From assembly GCF_000143415.4 (NCBI RefSeq), contig NW_003314269.1, positions 644,401 through 708,400 of the forward strand: a DNA stretch of 64,000 bases, read 5' to 3'. Origin of the DNA: Selaginella moellendorffii (lineage: Eukaryota > Plantae > Lycopodiophyta). The position numbers and the translations under genes are program-made. Of this stretch, positions 34,241-48,400 are shown piece by piece. Each line of letters starts with the position of its first letter. Positions within the stretch are counted from its first letter, which is position 1. Below the pieces are notes generated by a model, which was not told the DNA's origin, did no database searches, and was given only the letters and a program-made list of their open reading frames with translations.

Positions 34241-35108
34241 CCACTAGGTTTAAATAATATTGGACTATCTCAAAAAGTCCAAATTTAGAAGCTTACATTT
34301 AATATTAGAGGGGTTTCAGGTTTAACTTTGTTGGTTTGCCAAAAAATCACACCATATATTTAAATTAGCATTTGGTGGATTAAGTTTGATTGGCTAGCAA
34401 ATTATATTATATGTTGAGATTGACATCTAATGGTTTAGGCATAACTTTCAACTCCCATTCACAAGGATGTGAAACATGTTAAATTACAATCAACTAAAGA
34501 GAATAAATTGAGAAATGATCTATTATAACTTAAATATAAAGGGATTTACTTTTTTCTTCTAATTGCTCAGAAGCCAGAAGACTTCTTTCTTACTTGCATT
34601 TTCACTCTTTTATGTCTTCTCATAACACTTGTTTGTTTTTTTTTTCTCTCATAAAATTTAATTATGTTTGAAAGAATTGTTTTTTTATATAGTAAATAAT
34701 TTTTAGTTAATAATATATATAATATATATAGAGAGAGTATTATTATTTGCATAATGAATTTTATTGATTGGATAATATAAATCAACCATATACTAAGATT
34801 ATAGCACTAATAAAATAATTAAGATATGCAGTTGGATGATAGATTTTAACTAAGAAAAAGTTTTAAAAGTTTTTCTTGTAAGTTAATACAAAATTTCATA
34901 CTCTGATGATACAATTGTTTTTTGCATTGATCAACCCTATAAAAAATAATATATAACTTCTTGTAAGTACATAGCAAATAAAGTTGCAGATTCACCAAAC
35001 ATGTATATACTTAGAGAGTTTTATTTATATATGTAAGTAGATAAAGAAGATTTCTTCATATATTTGTAAAGCATATAACTATTTATTCTTTAATAAAAAT
35101 AAATTTGA

Positions 35109-35588
<480 letters not shown>

Positions 35589-37313
35589 AAATTATTATAT
35601 AGTATTTAAATTGTAAATCAATTAGACATAAATATAATTTATAGATATTGATTCTAATGAAACTAACTATATTTTAACTTATATAAATTATTTTATTCTT
35701 ACTTTATTATAGTTAAAAAGCAGATAGGCCTCTCCTATGTTTAAAGAGTTTTTAATTAATTTGTAAGTAAACTAAACTTTATTAAAATATTTTTAAAAAA
35801 CTAGAATAATTAAACCTTTCAAATAAGAAACTAATTATGAAATAAAAAATGTCTAAAGGTGTAGTATAATGGCTAATATTAGATCTCATCCTATTTTAGT
35901 TTTTAAAAAACATTATTATGAAACTAAAGTTTTATTGTTTTCAATATACATAGTTAAGTGTATAATCTAAACCCTGGAAATAATAATAGAATTTATTTTA
36001 TTAAGTAAACTTGTAGAGGAACTGGTGTGGTAAGTTGACTAGACATTTTGGGATATTCTAGTACTTAAAAGTTGTTATTAATTTATATTAATTTTGTGTT
36101 TAGAATTTATAAACATCTTTATAATCTAAATTTTTTTCTAAAACTTCCTAGTATATTGTCTTATTCTAAATATTCTTATGTAGTAAATTAATCTTCTATT
36201 TATAAATGGTCAGTATCAATAGGAAATGCTCATCACCTGTACAAACATGTTAATAACTATAAATTCCTACTAATAAATTATTTTAAGATAAATTTAAACA
36301 CTATTATGATAAAACCAAGCATTATTGCATGCAAAGTACATTTTATATGTATTTAATGTATTTAATATATATGTATTGAATGTATTTAATCTCACTATGT
36401 AGGTGCATGGAATATGAAAAAGAGAATACAAGAAATATGCATATCAATTAGCCCAAAAACCTTAGCTTTTATATAAGAGCAAGTGATCCAAATTGAAACC
36501 AATTCAATGGCTACCAAAATCTCACTATGCAAATATTAATATACAACATTGTAGCCATACACGTGGACCTCACATCATCCCTTCCTCTTGGAATGATGAA
36601 AGATCGTCAAAGTTCTCTTATAAATGGGTTATGATTTAAAGGAACATCAAAAAGAGGTATTGATGGATTTGGAGGTGGTGCTAATTATTTTTAATCCTTT
36701 TGTATAAAGCTTTTTAACTGTTGCATATGCATAATTTTTGGAGGATCAACCTACTAAATATCATGCCGAACCTCATAAACTTGCAATCCAACTTGTCGCA
36801 ACACTTGATATGGACCTTTCCACTCAACAAGGATCCCCTTAGGTAAACCACGTATCGTAAGATGGGATAAATAAACTAACACTAAGTCATCCACTTTATA
36901 CTCTGTAGGTGGATAATAATGGGAGTTGTAGTGCCATTGTTGTCTCACTTGTATGCAGCCCAAGTGTTTGGTAGACTCTACTCAAACAACTGAAAGAATA
37001 CTTATCAAATACTGATCCTATGACCTAGCATTAGTAGCCTATAACAATCATGAAGATAAACCCAACTCCATTGGTAATATTGGATTATGACCATATAAGA
37101 ATTTTTATCGTGAAGCACCAATATAACTTTGCACCCCTGTGATATATGCATATTGAAGAGACAACAAATAACCATCCCAATCCAAATGTTAAAAATTCAC
37201 ATACTTTGCAATCATCCCTTTGAAGGTCTAAACGAGCTATTTTATTAAACCATCTGATTGTGGATCACTTATGAAAATGTGGCGTATTCCCAATTGAGAC
37301 ATCAAAATGTGAA

Positions 37314-40300
37314 TGTCAAGACCCCCAACAAAATCAAGACTGGAAAATGCTAAAGGCAAAGAGAAAAAGCTAGTGAAAACAAAGAAGAAGCCTTGGACTG
37401 GTGTTGATTCAGATTGTGGAGAAATGGAACAAGGCTAACCTATATATACTATGGGTTGATGAAGCTCCACCACTCTTGGATCGAGGACGGCCTAAATATA
37501 GCTGAGGTCGAGGAAGCGCCACATCAATATCAAGAATGTGGCTCGAGACTCAGGAATCGGGAAGTGTCTTGAGAGTCAGGAATAGGGAAGTGTCTCGAGA
37601 GTCAGGAATAGGGAAGTGTCTCGAGAATCAGGAATGTGATCTGCAGGTCAGGAATCCGGCGAGAGTCAGGAATGTGGCAAGAATTGGGGGATTCTTGACA
37701 GCGAATTGGGGGATTCCTAACAGCACCCCCTCCTCAAGAATGAGTGGAACGAGAATGTGAATGAGAACGACGAGAAGGATGAGATGAGCGGCGAGGGATG
37801 GGAGATGGAGAAAAAGAATGAGGACTGGGACGACTAGGATAGCGGCGGTGGAAGTCCTGAACAAGGTCAGGAGAATGAATCAGGTTGTCTGCAGGTTCCC
37901 AAGTGCGTTCTTTAGGCCCGTAACCCTTCCAGTCGACCAAATAGTAGAGTTTAGACCGTGAAATCTTGGAATCAAGGATGTCCTGAACCTCGTACTCAGA
38001 CCCATCCTCGAGCTGCACTGGTGGAGGTGGAGGAATGACCCGATTGGGAATAGGATTGGGAATATAAGGCTCAAGGAGAGAGGAATGAAAAACGGGGTGA
38101 ATTTGATATGAGGAGGGAAGTGCAAGGCGATAAGTGACAGGATTAATGATGGCAGTGATAAGGAAAGGACCGAGGCGTTTGAAATCAAGTTTTGGACAGG
38201 GCCTGGTGGTGGAGATATTTCACCTGAGGAACCAAACTTTATCCCTGATATTGTAAGGAGGACAATCTTGACGATGGACATTGGCAAATGTTTTGTGAGA
38301 TTCCTGAGCACGATGGAGGTGGAAGGAGATGGAGTTATGGATTTCTTAGAGGTTGGAGACAAATGCCTCAGAGCGGGGATTTGAATGAGAGGATTCGGAG
38401 AAGGAAGTGAGAGATTGAATCGGGGATTTCGGCCAGAGTTTGCAAAGAAGGGGGAAATTCGAAGAGAGGAGTGAATAGAGTTGTTATAGGAGAACTCAGC
38501 AAGGGGAAAGATATTGAACCAGTTATCCTGATGATAGTTGATGAAGCACCTCAAGAATTGTTCCAACGTCTGAATCGTTCGCTCGGACTGCCCATCAGTT
38601 TGAGGATGATACGCTGAAGAGAGGTTGGCCTTCACTCCAAACAGCTGCAAAAACCGTTGCCAGAAATGAGAGATGAACTGAGGCCCCCGATCCGAAACCA
38701 CATCTGTAGGAATCCCATGAAGTCGGAAAATTTCCCTGAATACCAGTTTTGCCATGTCCTCGCCCGAAAACTCCTTGGTACATGGCAAGAAGTGCGCCAT
38801 CTTTTTGAAGCGATCCACCACGACTAAAATGCTGTTGAAGCCTCCAGAACTCGGAAGATCACTCAAGAAATCCATGGAAATGGATTCCCAAGGACCTGAA
38901 GGGACTGGAAGGGAACGAAGCAAACCTAAAGGAAGGTGGCGAGGTACCTTATTCTGGGCGCAAGTGTCACAGGAGGTAACAAAAGCTTTGATGTAGTCGT
39001 CCATGTGAGGCCACCAAAAGTCCTGTGCAACTAGCTCATAGGTTTTCGCAATGCCGAAGTGACCAGCAGTCAGGCTATCGTGGCACACCATTAGGACCAA
39101 CCTTCGAGCATCACCTTCAGGAACGTAAAGCTGCTCCCCACGGAATAATAAGCCATCTAAGAACTCGAACTCGTCAAATCGCCGGCAGTCGGGAGTCACA
39201 GGGTGTTCAGCCTAAAGATAAGGGAAAATGTCGCTGGCGAGATCATCGGATTGAAGATCATTTCTGATGGCATCCATCAAGGAGGAGTCCTGAGGGGCCA
39301 GGGAAATTGCCATAACTTGAAGCCGATCAGGACCGAGGATAATTTGATCCTGTTGATCGAAGGCAGGATTACCAGGCCTGAGACTGAGATAGGAGTGCCT
39401 TGAAAGAGCATCAGGAAGGCCTTGAAGCTTTCCAGGTCTGTACTTGATAACAAAGTCAAACCGACTCAGGAATTGTGCCCACCTTGCTTGACGACGGCTT
39501 AAAACTCGAGAAGTGGCAAAGTACTCGAGATTTTTGTGATCCATCCAGACTATTGTTTGATGGCCCGCCCCCTCCAAGAAATGGCGCCACTCTCCAAAGG
39601 AATCCACGATGGCAAGGAGCTCTTTGTCGTGGATTTTGTAATTGATCTCCGCAGGCTGGAATTTCCGAGAATGGAAAGCGACCGGATGAAATTCTTGATC
39701 CGCTCCGAGTTGAGACAGCACAGCACCGATGGCAAAGTCGGAGGCGTCAGCCTCGATGAAGAAAGGTTGTGAGGAATCAGCATGGATCAAAACGGGAGTA
39801 GAACTGAAGGCTGCCTTGAGAGTGTCGAAGGTGTGCTGGGCAGCAGTAGACCAAGAGAGGGGAACATCCTTACGAGTGAGATGCGTGAGAGGAAGGACAA
39901 TGTCAGAGTAGTGATCAATGAATTTGTGGTAGAAGTTGGCGAAGCCAAGGAAAACTTGAACGTCCGACATTGATTGTGGAGGCTCCCACTCGAGAATAGT
40001 CTTGACTTTGGCAGGATCCATCGTGATACCCTCAGGAGTGACAATGTACCCAAGGAACTCCACAGACTGCTGATCAAAGGAACATTTCTCAAGCTTCGTG
40101 TATAGGCCGTGTTCTCGCAGCTTCGCCAGCACCTTGCGTACATGTTCGTCGTTCTCCTCCTGAGTTCTTGAGTAGATGAGGATGTCATCGAGGTAGACAA
40201 TCACTATCTGATCAAGAAACTCCCGAAAGACGTCGTTCGCCATGTGTTGGAAAACTGCTGGAGCATTTGTCAAGCCAAATGGCATGACAGTGTACTCGAA

Positions 40301-42919
40301 GTGGCCATAGCGGGTTCGGAACGCAGTCTTCCATTCATCACCAGGCCGAATCCGGATCAGGTTGTATGCCCCACGGAGGTCAATCTTGGTGAAGAAGCGG
40401 GCACCGCCGAGGCGTTCCAATAGGTCCGAGATCAGGGGCAGCGGATAATGGTTCCGAACAGTCACCTTGTTCAAACCTCGGTAATCGATGACTAGCCGCA
40501 AACTCCCATCCTTCTTCTTGACAAAGAAGGCAGGCGCTCCAGCCGAGGACTGCGAGTGCTGAATGAACCCTGAGGCAAGGTTCTCATCCACGTACTCTTT
40601 GAGGGCCTTAAGCTTGGACGGGGATAACCTGTAGATAGGCCCCCACGGAGGCGACGCTCCTTCTTGTAAATCAATGGGACAGTCATAAGGCCGATGAGCA
40701 GGCAGTACACTAGCTTTTTTCTTATCAAACACATCCCCAAAATCATGATACTTCTCAGGAAGATTGACAGGAAAAAAATGCAAAGCAAAAAGGAAAATAA
40801 GTTCTTCATGAAGGAGTTCTTGCATAGTGATTGTGGAGATAGGAGGAGGTGTACGACTAAATGGAATGATGAGACGAGGATACTGTCCAGTATAAGATGG
40901 AAGAGAGGAAAAAGAAGAGGGTGAAAAATTCGTAGAGTCAGGAACAGAACCCCAATTTGAGTTTAGGGATGATTCGGACTCGATGAACAGCAGGGGAAGT
41001 CATGGGAGATGGTGATGTGGGAGAGATGAGTTGTAAGTCCTTCCAACAAATCTGAGGCTGATGTAGTTGGAACCAAGGAAGACCGAGCACCACAGAGGAG
41101 GACTTGTTGTTGATGATGTTGAAGGTGATATCGGTGATGGTGGACCCAATGTGTACTCGAACGGGCAACGTTTCCCTAAGTCCAGAAGATGGAGACACAA
41201 AATGCCCACCGATGCCTTCAACCCTCAGATCCCGTATGGTAGGAGAAAGAGGAACGTGATGTCGGGCAGCAAAGTCTTTGTCCATGAAGCAGGAAGTTGC
41301 ACCCGAGTCCAGTAGCGCCAAAGCCTTGAGTCCTGATTGTCCGGTGAAAGAAAGGAGACATGGGATGCGGAAGTTGCAGGAATTGGTGGTGGCTTTGATG
41401 AAAGGTGGTGAGGAGCTTGATAAGGAAGAAAAGTGATTTTTATTCAGGGAGTCCAAACAGACAGCTCCTACTCTATTTGGACAGGGTCGTTTCCCGACTG
41501 TAACAGAGGTGGACTTTGAGGCAGAGTGAACTCAAGCAATCGGGGAGGCTTCTTGGGACACACAGCTGCTTTGTGATTAGGATCAGCACAGTAGAGGCAA
41601 AGATTATGAGATATTCGACATTGCTTCTTAGCAGGACTCAACTTCCCTCTAATGAGTCGGGGAGTACCAGAAATATCCATCGGGACCGGAGCAGTAGGTT
41701 CAGGACTATGCCCCGAAGACTCAAGCTGGGATTCCTGAGTCTGGGACGGAAAAACAGCGGCGCGGTGACTTTCCTGACGATGTTCAAAGAGACGATTGTC
41801 ACATCGAACAGCTTTGTTGATGGCGTCCGACAGGTCCTTGGGATCCTCCATGGTGAGCAACAAATCCTTGACACCGTTGTTGAGGCCAAAACAAAATTGG
41901 TCAATCAGGGCCCGCTCATCCCACTAAGTGTCCAAGGCAAGGAGTTGGAACTCTGCAGCGTAGATCGAGGCAGGACGAGACCCCTGAGAGAGATGTCTCA
42001 TCTTTGTGGTAGCAGCCCGAACCCGATCCGTCTCGCCAAAACATGCTTCGAGCTTCTCTTTGAACAATTGAAGATCCATCAGCTCCGGAACCACGACCCC
42101 TTTCATGCTCTTCTCCAGAAGAGGAGAAAACCATGACAAAGCTGCACCCTCGAGCAATGTCCCAATCGCGCCGATTTGAGACTCGGGAGTGGGGTACCGC
42201 CGATGTTGAAGTGCAAAGATCAGCTCCATTTGGTTCAAAAATCCACGAAGCTCCGAACGCTTGCCTGAAAATTTCGCCGGGAAACTCACCTTTGGTTCAG
42301 GAACTTTGCTGGATCCTTGAGCCGAAAGTGAAGCAAGCTCCTGCTGCATGCGAAGAAGGGTCGCCTTCAGCTCGGTATTCTCAGACTGGATTTTTGCAAG
42401 GACTTCGGCAAAGAAATCAGGATGGCTTGGAGACTCCATTGGCAAGAAGAAAGAAAAGAAAGGGGGAAAAAGACAAAGGCAATCAAATAATTAAAGCGAG
42501 CTAAAGGAAAAGCAAACACCACAATCTGAATCAAACTGTCAAGACCCCCAACAAGATCAAGACTGGAAAATGCTAAAGACAAAGAGAAAAAGCTAGTGAA
42601 AACAAAGAAGAGGCCTTGGACTGGTGTTGATTCAGATTGTGGAGAAATGGAACAAGGCTAACCTATATATACTATAGGTTGATGAAGCTCCACCACTCTT
42701 GGATTGAGGACGGCCTAAATATAGTTGAGGTCGAGGAGGCGCCACATCAATATTAGGAATGTGGCTCGAGACTCAGGAATCGGGAAGTGTCTTAAGAGTC
42801 AGGAATAGGGAAGTGTCTCGAGAGTCAAGAATGTGGTCTGCAGGTCAGGAATCCAGCAAGAGTCAGGAATGTGGCAAGAATTGGGGGATTCCTGACAGCG
42901 AATTGGGGGATTCCTGACA
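37314..42919 (-). mobile_element. Tcn1/Tf1-like chromovirus LTR retrotransposon (family D), full length, inserted in integrase of A3
   Basis: LTRs 37314-37722 and 42537-42919; TSD GTGAA; PPT GAGGAGGGGGTGC; gag (PAKFSGKR..LCLYCADPNH), protease LLDSGAT, RT (KIDLRGAYNLIRI, YLDD), RNase H, integrase and chromodomain EYEVQDILDS..YLVDWKGYG..TWEP. Confidence 0.95.
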
Positions 42920-43599
42920 GTGAAATGCCTCAACCATAAATATAGGACCATTATCTAAAAGAATCCACTTTGGATAAAAATGCTAGAACACCACTTGATT
43001 AAGGAGGAAGTATCGAACAACAATTGTAAACACACTAGCAAGAGCATCGACTTCCACCCACCAAATCATGTAGTTAAAAGCAATAATGACATACTCATTG
43101 TTAACAATCAATCATGGAAAAATTCCTATCAAATCAAACATCACAAACTCAAACAGACAAGAAATTGCAATTGATTCCAACCGTCATTCTACAGCATGAG
43201 GGGGAGTATTATGAGCTTAGCACTAAACATAGCTATGCACATACCGAATAATATTATATCACATCTTTGGCTAATAAAAAGACTTGCATAACTTCTCAGA
43301 GCATTTACATTTATAAACAATTTCTAAACAAAGAGGAGCTTGAAGCCCACCGATACTCCTGCATACAACGATATCTTATATGCCTATTTAGAATAAAAGA
43401 ATTATGGTAAGCATGGAGAAAGCGTGGAATAAAGATTGAAGGCACCATCAGCAAATTCATCCCCAAAAAATAAAGAAGACTATCTTTAAGGTAATATTAA
43501 GAATATTAATGACGAAATGGCAAGTTATCAATAAGTGATGCAAGATTCTTAAACCCATCGCGAAGCCTTTGAATCCACAATTCAATCTTTTAAGCCTTA

Positions 43600-45440
43600 T
43601 ATAAGTGACTAATTTTTCAATTCTACTTTAGTCACCTAACCACATCTCCAACCACTTGGAGGAGTCTCATTCACAACCTCTATAAGTCCAATTCAAGACA
43701 TGGGGCTTGCTAGCCCCAAGAATGGTATCCATGCTATTCAACTTTTGCACTTGGTCTCAGATTTAATTTTGGGTCCATCTTGAACTCCACCTTGGATCCA
43801 TCTTAGATTCCATCTTTAACTTCATCTTGGACTCCATCTCGAGTCCTTCCACGTGTTATGTGTTGGTCTTTTCGTATCCCTTTTTAAAAGATTCATTGCT
43901 CGCTTCATGCTTATTCCTCGAACACTTTATTAGGAGTTCCACTCCCACTCTTGCCTTTTCGAGTTGGAGCTAGTCCATATATGTTACCTTCATTTAGCTT
44001 TCACCTCAGACATTACCACATGGCACCCTTTCGGCTCCTCTTTGGGGCCTAGGGATTTTATGTCTCATAACTCCACTGCCCATAGACAAAGTTCGATATC
44101 CTTATCAAACGATAAATTATTTTATAAAGTAACACCAGTATGTATTAGCCATTCTATCCTTGGCACCTATCCAATATTTGTCAATAGTTTGACATTGAAG
44201 GCTCACTATGCCTTGTCCATCCTCTAAGAAGTATAGTCTCTCTAATATAAAGATTCATTCGACTATCTGTAGTGGTTTTCTCCTTTTTATTGGTTTAGTT
44301 CTTGTTAAACCTGTTAGAGACACCTTCTCTATCTCAATCCCACTACTTATTCTCGAGTAATCTAAACTTTTATTGATATAACTATTTTACTTTGGAACTT
44401 TTAATTTTGACTCCTCAAAGTCAATTTTTTGGGTGTCTTCGACACTTTTCATTGCACATATGTAAACTCCACTTCCCCATCCTACAAAGTTCTCTACTTG
44501 AGGCACTATCATCCTTTTTTCTATTTCATGTCACTTTTGGCACTAAATTCCAGTTATCATAAGTTGTGATAGAGTTGTTCATGGCTCTATCATTTAGTTA
44601 CCTTGCCACTCCCTCCCTTAAAGCTTTCACTTTTACTAAATTGAAGCATTTGGGAATTCATTATTGGAAACACACTTCCTTTCCCATAATCTGTTAGCAT
44701 TCAACACATTAGTGTTCTTTGCCTAACTTTGCCATTTGGATTCCTTCCAATGAATTCCATGGCCCAAACTTAGCCACTAGTCTTTTGTTCCTATCCGTTA
44801 ATTGTTTGCACCAAGCAACATAGGATCATTACCTCCATCCTCAAGGTATTCTTTCGGTTCTATAGCAAAGGTTCCACTTTGCCAAGTTTAACGGATGCTC
44901 ACCCCTTAAGCGATTCCATCTCGAACTCCATTTCAGACTCCATCTCAAATTCCATCTCAGACTCCATCTCAGACTCCATCTCAGATTCCATCTCAGACTC
45001 CATCTTGGACTCCATCTCGGACTCCATATCGGGTCCATCTCAAACTCCTTCTTAGGTCCATTTTGGACTCCATCTCAAGTTTATCTCAAACTCTATCTCA
45101 GGTCCATCTTAGACTCTATCTTGGACTCCATCTCGGACTCCATCTCAAGTCCATCTTGGACTCCATCTTGGGTCCATCTCAGACTCCATCTTAGACTCTA
45201 TCTTAAGTCCTTCCACGTGTCATGTGTTGGTCCTTTTATGTCCATTTTTTAGAGACTCACTTATTGTTTACTTCGTGCTTATTTCTTGAGCACTTCGTTG
45301 GGAGTTCCACTCCCGCTTTTGCCTTTTCGAGTTAAAGCTTTTAGTCCATATGTGTTACCCTCATTTGGCTTTCACCTCAAACACCACAACGTGGCACCCT
45401 TTTGGCTCCTCTTTAGGGCTTAGAGATTTTATGTCTCACA
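43600..45440 (-). mobile_element. Internally deleted, decayed LTR element (family E, related to B) inserted in pol of A3
   Basis: Interrupts A3 pol with TSD CCTTA/CCTCA; direct repeats ~43790-44069 and ~45160-45440; the sequence after 44069 (ACTCCACTGCCCATAG) resembles the PPT side of B (GCTCCACCACCCATAG). Confidence 0.7.
44914..45210. repeat. 12-bp tandem array (GACTCCATCTCA-like), roughly two dozen units, in element E LTR
   Basis: Direct periodicity. Confidence 0.9.
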
Positions 45441-48400
45441 CCTCACAAACCTTGTCAAGAGAAGGTAAATCTTGCTTTGCACCTTGTGGATATTGAACGT
45501 TAAGTACAATAACTGTCAATAGCATGGAATCCTCATCCAAAATATCCATAGATTTTGCAACAACAAGTTCATAAAAAATATGAGAAGAGAATGAAGAAGG
45601 AAAAAGAGTTCGAGAAAAGGCATTAACATCAACCATAGAACTCCTTGGGCAATAAACAATATCAAAATTATATATCTGAAACTTCAAAGCCCATTAAGCA
45701 GTACAACCAACCAAGTTGTTTCATTTCAATAATGAAGTAGCTATAGCATGATCACCTTTTAATAAAGTCCAAGAACCATATAAATATGCATGAAGTTTCT
45801 CGAAACCCCAAACTATTGCTAAACACTCCTTCTCTGTTGTGGAGTAATTCACCTCTACTAATTGTAATGTATGGCTAATATATGCAATAGGATGGCACTG
45901 ACCAAGCACATTCGGGCTCTCTTGTATCAACACATCTCCAAGACTGATATCAAAAACATCCATGTGAAAAATGAAAGGTCAAGTATACTTAGGATATGCT
46001 AAAACCAAAAGAGTCGTTAACAGCTCTTTGAGATTCATAAACGCCAGCTCACAGTCTACAAATTAGATAAAAGATGATGTTGACAACTTCAACAATGCTC
46101 ACAACGGTGCAATGTGATCAGAAAAATGATCAACAAAACAACTGAGATACTACACTTTGCCTAACAAGTGCTACACATCTTACACACACTTCAGAATAGG
46201 GAATTTTAGAAACGCCACAAGTTTGTTAGGATCAATTTGTAAACCCTCACAAGAAATACGATACCCAAGATAGTGTTTTTGGACCCAAATACACATTTCA
46301 ACTGCTTTAGATTTAAACCAATGTCCCGTACCCAATCTAACACTTTATAAGCATCACAGATGTGTTCCTCCCATGTCCTCTCTGAGTGGATTAAGACATC
46401 ATTGATGAAGTCAACAATCACCTTAAGCATATTGCAAAAAACCTTGTCTATCATCTGCTGGAAAGTTGCTGGAGTATTGTTCAAACTAAACAACATCACC
46501 AAAAACTCATATAAACCAAACAGTATACAAAAAGCAATCTTAGGAATATCTACTTTGGCCATCGGTACTTGCTAGTACCCAAAAACAATATTTAATTTGG
46601 TGAACCAATGCCTTATCCCCAAACGATCCAAGAGATCAACATTGTGAGGAAGAAGGTACACATCCAGGATCGTCACTTCGTTTAATGGACGATAATCGAT
46701 ACAAAAACAAATATTCCCATAAGGGTTCGTCACAAGATAAAGTTCACATGCCCAAAGATTCCACAACTTCTAAATAACTACCTTTTCCAACATCTCCTTG
46801 ATGTTTGCACATAAAATTTTAATCTTTTTGGGTGACTGATGATGAATAAGAACCTTAATTGGACAAACATCCTCAATTGGAATAGGATGACATGTTGCAA
46901 TTTTAACCTTAGACAATAGGTCAAATTCAAAGATATCAACATACACCTTCATGAGTCAGTTAACTGCTACATCATAAAGACTGTTGGAGGGATCGAAGAA
47001 GGAAAGAGAGGAACAAGATAGAAACTTAAGAGGAAGTAAAAGGGAGACAGAAATGATGGAAGCAGAGGTAGAAACAAAGGGACAAAAAATTACAAAAATG
47101 AGAGGAATGGAAGAAATATTAGGAAGTATGAGATAAAGGGGAGAAACCTCAAAGTCATACTTGGCATGATTGCACCGCAACCAATTTATACCAAGGATGA
47201 GGTCAAAAGCTTAACTCGGCACTACTCGCAATAACTGTAACTCAAGCTTAAGATTGCCTATACACACAACTAGGTCCGCTTTATTCTGTGCACATGCATG
47301 TGTACAACTGTTGCTCTAAAGAGTGAAAACTAGCTTTGCCACACAATGCAAATGTAGATAGCAACATATAGCAACAGGTTGAGCAATAAAAAATAACTCA
47401 AACTTATATCAACTAACATAAAGAGAATAATAGGAGACTTCTTATTATAAAAATGAGCTTGGAAAATAAACACTAAATGAACTCGTGCTGAGTTGAACCC
47501 CTTGATAATACTCCCAAAAAGAAAGATGAAGGGGTCACTAACTTATTCATGCAAGGTCCCTCCTTGTGCATCTCCTCATTTTCTAAATGCATCTCGGTGT
47601 CCAAACCTTCCATTGCAATATCACTAACAAAACATTGTTGACGCCAAAGTCTCCACCCAGGAAATAAAAGCCGCCAATCCAAAAAATATTGACAATGATG
47701 ATAAGTGTGACCAACTTCATCACACGCCCAACAATGGATATCACGACCATGATCACATCCTTGCCCTTGTCCTTAAACTTAGGCAACAACAACATTAATT
47801 TCCATTGGAATAAGACCATCTCTCACAAGAAGTGGAGTTCAAGGACATGTAGTGAGAAGTGGAAGGACAATGTTTTATAACATTGTGCCAAATGAAGAGC
47901 ATAATCAAGGGTGGCTAGAGCAAGTATATGTATAAGTTCTACAAGATCTTGATGAAGTGTTGGCCACATCATTTCCAGCTTGATCCGCTCCGATATATTT
48001 GGCTCTGCACAAAGCAAAAGGCTTTAGAAACAAACGCTAAACTGCATTATTGACTCAAATAGCCCTTGATGAAAACAATGTAATTGTTGAAAGGCATTAT
48101 TACAATCATTAACATGTATAAATGTGCATTTAAAGATGTCTAAGAAAATACTCCAATCCTCACGAGTGGCTACACTCAAACCATTGTACTGCTGTAGTGC
48201 CGTTACTTTGAGACATGTAGGAAAGTTACACAAACGTCAAGCATCATCCTAAGAATTATATGTGGCAATCATTGTGAAATGATTGAACCAATGGTACACA
48301 TCATCCCTAGAATTCCCATGGACGAACTCTAATTAAATACAAGGATTGGCAACAAAAGCAAAAAAAGTTATACCACATGCTATGAATGTTGCCATCAACT

